DNA of 64,000 nt from an uncultured Pseudomonadota bacterium (GTDB taxonomy: Bacteria > Pseudomonadota > Alphaproteobacteria > RF32 > CAG-239), in the NCBI GenBank assembly GCA_949300375.1, contig CASGEB010000007.1, positions 7,439 through 71,438 on the forward strand. Direction: 5' to 3'. The position numbers and the translations under genes were made by a program. Positions within the stretch are counted from its first letter, which is position 1. Each line of letters starts with the position of its first letter. The notes beneath the pieces were generated by a model, which was given only the letters and a program-made list of their open reading frames with translations, did not search any database and was not told where the DNA came from. Shown in pieces: positions 18,895 to 28,365 of this stretch.

Positions 18895-19818
18895 TTATCC
18901 GGCATTACGGCTTTTGAAAATGCCATCCTTGAACCCCTGAATGGCCTTATCGTTTTCTGCCATTTCCAGACGTTTTTCGGCAATGGCGGCATAAGTTTTT
19001 TCCCGTTCAATACCGATATATTGCCGTCCGAGTTTTTTGGCGGTTACAGAAGTTGTACCGGAACCGAGAAACGGATCAAAGACCACATCGCCTGGATTGC
19101 TGGAAGCCAAAATCAATTTGGCAATCAGTTTTTCGGGTTTTTGGGTCGGGTGCGGCGTATTCTCGGGCATTGACCAGAAAGGAATGGAAATGTCCGTCCA
19201 GATATTTGACGGGTGGGTCAGCCGGAACTTTTTTTCTCCGTTGTCTATCCAGTCTTTGGGCGTGCCGTTTTTGTCACGATACGGCGCAATCACTTCTTTT
19301 TGCATTTTTACAGCGTCAATATTAAACAGATATTTGTCCGAAAGCGTGAAAAACCAGATGTCTTCCAAGCAGTTTTTCCAATTGTTTTGTGCGCCGCGGC
19401 CTTTTTCCCGCTCCCAGGATATGCGGTTTTGCAAAACAAAATATTTGCCGGCAATTTCAGGAATGACAATAGAGGTTTTCCAGTCGGAACAGATATAAAT
19501 GGAGGCTTTATCCTTCAAAAGGCGGACGGTCTTTTTGAGCCATTTGTCCAGCCATTTTTTATAGGTTTTAAAATCTGTTTCCTTAAATGTGGTCGAAGCA
19601 AAATTTTTGGTCAGATTATACGGCGGATCAGCTATCATCAAATCTACACATTTGTCCGGAAGATAATCCATCGCTTTTAACGAATCCTGACAAATCGTTT
19701 TGTTCAGAACGTCAGACAGAACGGCAGGCTGCGACAGTTTGATGCTACGGGCGGCGTAAAACTTCTCTTCTTTGGCAGAGAGTTCTATGGTTTTATTACG
19801 CGGCGCTTTGTCTTTCAT
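18895..19818 (-). CDS. beta-class DNA methyltransferase (DPPY motif, probably N6-adenine), no adjacent restriction enzyme
   Basis: Motif IV LMIADPPYN precedes motif I VFDPFLGSGTT and HPTQKPEKL. ATG at 19818 lies 4 nt after the HPr stop; the track starts at TTG 19848. Confidence 0.85.
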   Translation of the reverse strand: MKDKAPRNKTIELSAKEEKFYAARSIKLSQPAVLSDVLNKTICQDSLKAMDYLPDKCVDLMIADPPYNLTKNFASTTFKETDFKTYKKWLDKWLKKTVRLLKDKASIYICSDWKTSIVIPEIAGKYFVLQNRISWEREKGRGAQNNWKNCLEDIWFFTLSDKYLFNIDAVKMQKEVIAPYRDKNGTPKDWIDNGEKKFRLTHPSNIWTDISIPFWSMPENTPHPTQKPEKLIAKLILASSNPGDVVFDPFLGSGTTSVTAKKLGRQYIGIEREKTYAAIAEKRLEMAENDKAIQGFKDGIFKSRNAG

Positions 19819-19822
19819 CCGG

Positions 19823-20104
19823 TTAGTCTTCGCCAAATTTATTGTCAATCAGCTCTTTTAAAGCATCTAAAGCTTGTTGCGCCTGATTGCCTGACGTTTT
19901 GACCAAAATGGTCGTTCCTTTGGCGGCGGCCAGCATCATCAACCCCATAATCGAACAACCGCTGACACATTGTCCAATCCGCTCAACTTCCACTTCCGCA
20001 TCAAAATTTTCCACAGTTTTTACAAAAGCAGCGGCTGCCCTGGCATGCAGCCCTTTACGGTTTTTAATTTCCAGTTCGGCGGAAAGCGTTTGATTCTCAC
20101 TCAT
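19823..20104 (-). CDS. HPr-family phosphocarrier protein (HPr/NPr)
   Basis: 93 aa. Active-site GLHARAAAAF (His) and the CSIMGLMML region carrying the regulatory Ser. Confidence 0.85.
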   Translation of the reverse strand: MSENQTLSAELEIKNRKGLHARAAAAFVKTVENFDAEVEVERIGQCVSGCSIMGLMMLAAAKGTTILVKTSGNQAQQALDALKELIDNKFGED

Positions 20105-20106
20105 CC

Positions 20107-20532
20107 TTACATCCCCAAAATCTGCGAAGCAACGTTAATGTATTTCTTTCCGGCTTCTTGCGCACCAGCAACGGTTTCTTTGAGATTTTTCTCTTTGCGG
20201 AGGGATGCAATTTTAATCAGCATCGGCAGGTTAACGCCGGCGATAATCTCAACATTCGCACGATCCATAATGGAAATTGCCAAGTTTGAAGGCGTGCCGC
20301 CAAACATATCGGTCAAAACAACAACACCTTGTCCGCTGTCGGTTTCTTCTACTTTTTTCAGAATCTCGGAACGACGCATTTCCATATCGTCTTCCGGGCC
20401 AATACAAACGGCTTCGATTTTATCCTGTTTGCCGACAACGTGCTGCATTGCCGAAATAAATTCCCGTGCCAGATTGCCGTGCGTTACCAGCACCAGCCCG
20501 ATGATATTATTGTTGTTAGAACTGTTTGTCAT
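20107..20532 (-). CDS. PTS EIIA component, mannose/fructose family
   Basis: 141 aa. GLVLVTHGNLAREF N-terminus (active-site His) and DMFGGTP motif of EIIA-Man. Confidence 0.8.
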   Translation of the reverse strand: MTNSSNNNNIIGLVLVTHGNLAREFISAMQHVVGKQDKIEAVCIGPEDDMEMRRSEILKKVEETDSGQGVVVLTDMFGGTPSNLAISIMDRANVEIIAGVNLPMLIKIASLRKEKNLKETVAGAQEAGKKYINVASQILGM

Positions 20533-20951
20533 TATCTGTTACTTCCGCTTGTCCAGGTTTTTACCGCACCAAACGACCGCAGGATATCTTCTTTGCTCTT
20601 GGCTTTGACCAGTTCATCCGCGCGGGTCTGACGCCCTTCAAAAACAATATCCTCAACATTTTCAACCGGTACGGCATAAGTTCTTTCAACCATTTTTCCT
20701 TTGAGTTCAACAATCATCACAACTTCAGCTTCTGCCAATGTATCTCTCGTATCTTCGTGAATATCGTCCAAACGGACGGCAAGACGCTCATCCCTTTTCA
20801 GCAAAGCTGTTTTTTTGCCGTCAAACTCCAAAACAGGATTGACCGGTGAACCATCGCGCGCATCAATAAAAATTGCAAGTTCTCCGTATTTGTTTTCAAT
20901 AATTTCATAAAAATCCTGTTTTTCAATAAGGGTGTAATATTGTGTTTCCAT
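20532..20951 (-). CDS. hypothetical acidic protein, translationally coupled to EIIA(Man)
   Basis: 139 aa. Stop TAA overlaps the EIIA ATG by 1 nt (TAATG). No family recognised. Confidence 0.55.
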   Translation of the reverse strand: METQYYTLIEKQDFYEIIENKYGELAIFIDARDGSPVNPVLEFDGKKTALLKRDERLAVRLDDIHEDTRDTLAEAEVVMIVELKGKMVERTYAVPVENVEDIVFEGRQTRADELVKAKSKEDILRSFGAVKTWTSGSNR

Positions 20952-21133
20952 TGTATTTTCCAGTCTGTTAACCTATTTGCAAGATGATACTATAATAAGC
21001 CAAAACTGTCAATTTTATGTTAATAAAATCTGTCGCAACAAAAATATTTCTTCCTTCCCTCTGAGTTTACTTTACTATTTCTTGTTTTGTTTTTGTTATA
21101 AAAACAGACACGTTTCGCTCCTTAATTTGTTAA

Positions 21134-21314
21134 AAGAAAACCGCCTTAACTTTAAGGCTGAGGAGCTGAAAAATTGTACTAGAACAGCATGGTTATTCGT
21201 CCTTAAAGCGGTTTCCCCAATGTGGAATTAATCTGGTGAGATGTTTTGAGACACCACAACCGCTCTTCCGGCTGCGAAAATAATCATAAACGAATCCGGG
21301 GCTTTTGTACGCGG
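21134..21314 (-). ncRNA. candidate structured RNA / 3'-UTR element, copy 1 (paralog of 45655-45860)
   Basis: Begins 3 nt after the rlmN stop. Shares conserved blocks and a covarying hairpin with copy 2. Ends in hairpin GCCTTA/TAAGGC (21143-21158) plus a T-rich tract on the minus strand. Confidence 0.35.
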
Positions 21315-21317
21315 ATT

Positions 21318-22397
21318 TTATTTCTTTTTATCTTCTTCGTCTTTTTTGGATTTTAACTGCCCGCAGGCGGCCAAAATATCCTGACCGCGGGCAACGCGTA
21401 CCGGAGCGGCATATCCGCCCTTTTCCAGCTCTCTCGAAAAAGCCATTACCCGGTTGCGGGAACTCGGCTTATAAGCGCAGCCCGGCCAGGGATTGAACGG
21501 TATCAGGTTAAATTTGGCACCGATTTTATATTTTTTCATCAAAGCAATCAGCTGACGGGCGCAATCAAGAGAATCGTTTATACCGTCCAGCATCAGATAT
21601 TCAAACGTGATAAAACGGCTTGTAACGATTTTCTGGTATTCCTGACAAGCCTGCAAGACTTCTTCCAGCGGATATTTATTGTTAATCGGCATAATTTTCG
21701 AACGCAATTCATTATTCGGCGCATGCAGGCTGACAGCCAGTTTAACGCCCAACTCTTGCGCAACTCTGATCATTTTCGGCGCAATGCCGGAAGTCGACAG
21801 CGTTATTCTGCGTTTGGAAACGGCAAGCCCTTCTCCGTCCGAAATGATTTTTAACGCAGTTATCACGTTGTCCAGATTATGCAGCGGCTCGCCCATTCCC
21901 ATAACGACAACGTTTGAGAGAAATCTGGTTTCATTTGCAGGCGTCGGCCATTCGTTATAAGCGTCTCTTGCAACCAGAAACTGTCCGACAATTTCCCCGG
22001 CGGTCAGATTCCGGGTAATGCGCTGACTGCCGGTATGACAAAAGGTACAGCCCACGGCACAGCCAACCTGCGTCGAGATGCAAACAGCGCCGCGGTCTTC
22101 TTCCGGGATATAAACCATTTCCACCCGCTGCCCGTCGGCAAATTCCAGCAGCCATTTGCTGGTTTTGTCCGAAGAAATCTGGCGGGCAACAACTTTCGGA
22201 CGGCTGATGACATAACCGGCGTTCAGTTTCTCGCGCAATTCTTTGGACAAATTAGTCATTGCGGAGAAATCCGTTACGCCCTGATTGTAAAGCCAGTGCC
22301 AGATTTGTTTGGCGCGAAAAGGCTTTTCTCCGAGTTTGGCAAGCTCGGCGGCAAGTTCATCCCGGCTCAAGCCGATAAGTTCGATTTTTTCGTTCAT
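21318..22397 (-). CDS. rlmN: 23S rRNA/tRNA (adenine-C2)-methyltransferase RlmN (radical SAM)
   Basis: 359 aa. CxxxCxxC cluster (GCAVGCTFCHTG), MGMGEP motif, C-terminal ACGQL. Confidence 0.92.
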   Translation of the reverse strand: MNEKIELIGLSRDELAAELAKLGEKPFRAKQIWHWLYNQGVTDFSAMTNLSKELREKLNAGYVISRPKVVARQISSDKTSKWLLEFADGQRVEMVYIPEEDRGAVCISTQVGCAVGCTFCHTGSQRITRNLTAGEIVGQFLVARDAYNEWPTPANETRFLSNVVVMGMGEPLHNLDNVITALKIISDGEGLAVSKRRITLSTSGIAPKMIRVAQELGVKLAVSLHAPNNELRSKIMPINNKYPLEEVLQACQEYQKIVTSRFITFEYLMLDGINDSLDCARQLIALMKKYKIGAKFNLIPFNPWPGCAYKPSSRNRVMAFSRELEKGGYAAPVRVARGQDILAACGQLKSKKDEEDKKK

Positions 22398-22910
22398 TTA
22401 ACTCTTCTTATTGCATTTTTTACTGATGGCCATATAGGCTTTGTTAAACCCTTTCAGCGAATAAGTGTCTTTGGTCAGAGTTCCTCTTGATGATGTTCCG
22501 GTTACAATCATCCGGGCGCCGCGTTTCATCTCTTTTATCAACTCGGCATCGACATCACCGTTGATTGTCCAGGCCATCGTACCGTCCGTAAAGAGTTTGT
22601 CAATCGTTTTATTGCCGATTTGGATTTTTACCCGGCTTTTGTCTTTGTAGGTATAGCCGGCATTGATATTGATAACGTCAAAGCTTTTTTCCTGCGGGCG
22701 GTGGGTTACGACCATATAAATATCTCCGCGTTTGGTATATTTTCCCTCGTCTTTAACCGGCGCGGACGCCATATAGCAAACCGAATTTTTGCCGTCTTTA
22801 TAGTAAAAAGCCGTCCAATCCCCATATTCCCCAATCGACTGAGGAACGGCTGCCGAAGCCGAAACCGCAGCAAAACAAAACAAACTCAATGCGCTAAAAA
22901 ATTTTTTCAT
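22398..22910 (-). CDS. invasion-associated locus B (IalB)-family periplasmic protein
   Basis: 170 aa. Signal peptide, then GDWTAFYYKDGKNSVCYMAS, resembling IalB-family proteins of Alphaproteobacteria. Confidence 0.6.
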   Translation of the reverse strand: MKKFFSALSLFCFAAVSASAAVPQSIGEYGDWTAFYYKDGKNSVCYMASAPVKDEGKYTKRGDIYMVVTHRPQEKSFDVININAGYTYKDKSRVKIQIGNKTIDKLFTDGTMAWTINGDVDAELIKEMKRGARMIVTGTSSRGTLTKDTYSLKGFNKAYMAISKKCNKKS

Positions 22911-23006
22911 TCCCAGATACTCACAATATTGTTATTTTGCGATAATAATATTTGAAATTTATATAAAAAATGTTAATTTCGGAGCAAAAACTAGGCTGGA
23001 TTTGAG

Positions 23007-24227
23007 ATGCTGAGAGATAAATATCTTGATATGAGCAAAATTATCCGGGACAAGAAAATTTTTGAACTGTTCCGGGTTGTTGAAAATCACGGCGGGGTTC
23101 TGCGTTTTGTCGGCGGCGCCGTGCGTGACGCTTTGTCGGGAATCGAGGGGTTTGACCTTGACCTGGCAACAGATTTGAGTCCTGACGAACTGGTGGAAAT
23201 TTGCGAAGAAAATAATATTAAAACCGTCCCCATCGGAATTAAATTCGGGACGGTCGGCGTCATCATTAACGGCAAGGTTCTTGAAATCACTTCACTCAGA
23301 AAAGACATAAAAACCGACGGGCGGCATGCGGAGGTTGAATTTACCGGCGACTGGGAAATTGACGCTTCCCGCCGCGATTTGACCATCAATGCGGTATATG
23401 CCGACGAAAAGGGCAATGTTTTTGACTATTATAACGGTATTGAAGATTTGGAAAACGGAAAAATCAGATTTATCGGAAGCCCGTCTGTGCGTATTAAAGA
23501 AGATTATTTGCGTATTTTACGTTTTTTCCGTTTCTATTCGCTTTTCGGCAAAGGCGAAATCGACCAAAAATCTCTGCAGGCCTGCATAAACAACAAAGAC
23601 GGCCTTAAACAGCTTTCTTTGGAAAGAATCCGCGACGAACTGTTTAAGATTTTAAAAACGCCGAGAGCTGCCGAAGTTTTGCAGATTATGAAAGACAATG
23701 AAATTCTTTCATCCATTTTGCCGGAGCCTAAGAATCTGGACAAGTTGGATTTTTTAATCCGGCTGGTTGAAAAATACAAAATAGAGCCTAATACCCTGCG
23801 CCGGCTGTTTTTGATTTACGACCCTGATCAGCTGTTGGCCGAAAACCTTGCCAACCGGCTGAAACTAAGCAAAAAAGAAAAACTGTTGTTTTTAAGTTGG
23901 GCGGAATTTACCCCGCCGCTACAGGATTATTTTGCCGGAGTAAGCCGCAATAAGCTGATTTATCTCTACGGAAAAGAATTCTGCCAAAATAAACTGTTGC
24001 TGCAGCTTGCTCTTGAAAAAAGGGATATTCCGGATGTTTCGGCATTGCTGGAAAAAATTGAAAAATTTAAAATTCCGTCCTTCCCGCTGCGGGGCAGAGA
24101 TATTATTAACGCCGGGATTGCCGAAAGTTCTGAAATCGGTACAATTCTTAAAAATCTTGAAAACATCTGGATTGACAGCAATTTTTCCCTGACATCGGAA
24201 CAACTGTTACAGAAAATTGCAAAATAA
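23007..24227 (+). CDS. cca: CCA-adding tRNA nucleotidyltransferase / poly(A) polymerase family
   Basis: 406 aa. FVGGAVRDALSG...DLDLAT head-domain motif and RRDLTINA. Start may be the internal ATG (MSKII...). Confidence 0.8.
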   Translation: MLRDKYLDMSKIIRDKKIFELFRVVENHGGVLRFVGGAVRDALSGIEGFDLDLATDLSPDELVEICEENNIKTVPIGIKFGTVGVIINGKVLEITSLRKDIKTDGRHAEVEFTGDWEIDASRRDLTINAVYADEKGNVFDYYNGIEDLENGKIRFIGSPSVRIKEDYLRILRFFRFYSLFGKGEIDQKSLQACINNKDGLKQLSLERIRDELFKILKTPRAAEVLQIMKDNEILSSILPEPKNLDKLDFLIRLVEKYKIEPNTLRRLFLIYDPDQLLAENLANRLKLSKKEKLLFLSWAEFTPPLQDYFAGVSRNKLIYLYGKEFCQNKLLLQLALEKRDIPDVSALLEKIEKFKIPSFPLRGRDIINAGIAESSEIGTILKNLENIWIDSNFSLTSEQLLQKIAK

Positions 24228-24294
24228 GTGGTTGTTTTGTTAACCTTTTAAAGTTATACTGATTGCCAGTGATAACAACCGGGGAGTGACAGTT

Positions 24295-24438
24295 ATGAAA
24301 AATGCTACGTTTCTATTAACATTGATGACGGCCGTTGTGCTCAGTTTTCAGGCCTTTGCCGGAACAACTTTTCTTCCGGATGCCGAAGAAGGCGGAGATC
24401 CGGACTATATGATCAGAATTTCGGAAAATCTGAATTAA
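24295..24438 (+). CDS. 47-aa secreted peptide, hypothetical
   Basis: Own translation: MKNATFLLTLMTAVVLSFQAFAGTTFLPDAEEGGDPDYMIRISENLN. GGGGAG SD-like upstream. Followed by a terminator. Below the track cut-off. Confidence 0.35.
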   Translation: MKNATFLLTLMTAVVLSFQAFAGTTFLPDAEEGGDPDYMIRISENLN

Positions 24439-24443
24439 AAAAA

Positions 24444-24480
24444 CGCAAAAAAAACGGAGCTTTCACACTCCGTTTTTTTA
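24444..24480. terminator. bidirectional rho-independent terminator (small ORF / gyrB convergent)
   Basis: CGGAG (24455-24459) / CTCCG (24468-24472) stem flanked by an A-rich tract upstream and a T run downstream. Confidence 0.6.
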
Positions 24481-24491
24481 TTCGGCTTTTC

Positions 24492-26966
<2,475 letters not shown>

Positions 26967-27097
26967 TTATTAAGGGAATCATACAGCAAATTCTTGGAAG
27001 AACCAAGCAATAAATGCAAAATATTAAGCTTTTTTGACCGGTTATTCACAAGAAAAACATCCTTTTTACCATCGATAACTTTATTTAATCAAAAATA

Positions 27098-27126
27098 TTG
27101 ACGAGTTTGACAAAAGACACTATATT
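27098..27126 (+). promoter_or_regulatory. candidate sigma70-type promoter
   Basis: TTGACG (27098-27103), 17 nt spacer, TATATT (27121-27126), 23 nt upstream of the ATG at 27150. Confidence 0.45.
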
Positions 27127-27149
27127 ACAAACCTAAATTTGTTATAATT

Positions 27150-27755
27150 ATGGATGCGAATATTATTGTTAAGATTGTAAAAGGCCTCAACACCGGCGTT
27201 AAAATTTTGGGAATTTCATTAGTTTCTTTCATCATTTGCCTGCATATTCATATTGCCCGCAACATTGTGCCGTCCCCAAACGGCATAACTATTGTAGAAT
27301 ACAAGCCGAGCATCGGAAAGAAATTTTATTATATTGAACTACCGGACAAAAAAATCCGCCCGGTTCCGTATAATCCGGAATCCCCTTTGCTGACAATAGA
27401 CGGACAAAAGATTAAACCGGGTAAGATAAAGGTTGTCAAACAGATTAAACTTTATGATTATCAAGGGATGGAACTGGTTGACACCGGCGACTGCCCTTCT
27501 CTTTTGGGAACAAAAGGATGGAGCCTGCTTTATCAGAATCAGACGGATGAAAAAAGAAAAACAATTTTCGGATTTGGGACGGAATTGTTTTTTCTGCTGG
27601 CGATTTTGATATTGTTTGTAAAGATTGTGCAATTCAGCTTTTCCAGAGTATATTTTCTGGATAAGGAATTATTGTCATCCACCGCCAATTTTTTAATTAT
27701 TGATCTTATCCTGTTTACAATTGCCGCGTTTCTGACCATTGTTGCAATCTATTAG
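27150..27755 (+). CDS. hypothetical membrane protein
   Basis: 201 aa. One N-terminal and two C-terminal hydrophobic helices. No family recognised. Confidence 0.5.
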   Translation: MDANIIVKIVKGLNTGVKILGISLVSFIICLHIHIARNIVPSPNGITIVEYKPSIGKKFYYIELPDKKIRPVPYNPESPLLTIDGQKIKPGKIKVVKQIKLYDYQGMELVDTGDCPSLLGTKGWSLLYQNQTDEKRKTIFGFGTELFFLLAILILFVKIVQFSFSRVYFLDKELLSSTANFLIIDLILFTIAAFLTIVAIY

Positions 27756-27760
27756 AAAAA

Positions 27761-27790
27761 ACCGCTGTTATAAAAACAGCGGTTTTTATT
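27761..27790 (+). terminator. rho-independent terminator
   Basis: ACCGCTGT / ACAGCGGT stem followed by TTTTTATT, 6 nt after the stop of the 201-aa ORF. Confidence 0.55.
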
Positions 27791-27865
27791 AACTTTATTT
27801 TAAATAAATATTGATATTTAATGAAAAGAGGGGTATAATTTATGTCATAAACAAGGAGAAAAACA

Positions 27866-28255
27866 ATGATTTTCCTCAAAAAAAATTTTTTAACAATCTG
27901 CCTGATTGCCGCAGCGTCCGCGCTTTTTATGTGCGATCCGGCAACGGCTGCCAGCGGCGGAAGCCAGTCAAGCCTTATGGGGACGGCAAAAGCCAAGGCT
28001 TTTACCACTTTTAACAACGTAAAGAGCATCATCTTTATCGTCGGCGGTTTCGGCCTGGTACTTTTGGCATTTGGCGCGATTTTCGGCAAGATAAACTGGG
28101 CTAAATTTGCGGCTTTAGCCGTAGGATTAGCTATTCTGGCTGCTGCCGGCGCGATTGTCCGTTACGCGACGGGCGATACGAACCTGAGCGCTACCAGTAC
28201 GGGTTCAGGCGGTTTTGGTGATACTTTCCAGGAATCTGCTGCCGATACTTACTAA
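27866..28255 (+). CDS. TrbC/VirB2-like pilin candidate (type IV secretion), orphan
   Basis: 129 aa. Long signal peptide ending ATAASGG, then two hydrophobic helices separated by a short loop (IIFIVGGFGLVLLAFGAIFGK...ALAVGLAILAAAGAIV). This is the VirB2 architecture; the call rests on topology only. Confidence 0.45.
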   Translation: MIFLKKNFLTICLIAAASALFMCDPATAASGGSQSSLMGTAKAKAFTTFNNVKSIIFIVGGFGLVLLAFGAIFGKINWAKFAALAVGLAILAAAGAIVRYATGDTNLSATSTGSGGFGDTFQESAADTY

Positions 28256-28365
28256 AAGTTTAAAGGCGTTGTTTTGACAACGCCCTGCTCTTCGGAGAGA
28301 AATTCTGCAAGCAAACCCAATTTATGAGATTAATTTTCTTATTGAGTTTCTCTCCGCCTTTATGC

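Noticed and set aside
19970-20608. 212-aa plus-strand ORF
   Set aside because: Antisense across HPr and EIIA(Man), both of which have diagnostic active-site motifs.
20977-21231. 84-aa plus-strand ORF in the rlmN-downstream intergenic region
   Set aside because: AT-rich sequence with no SD and a low-complexity hydrophobic translation. It overlaps the candidate minus-strand RNA element and its terminator.
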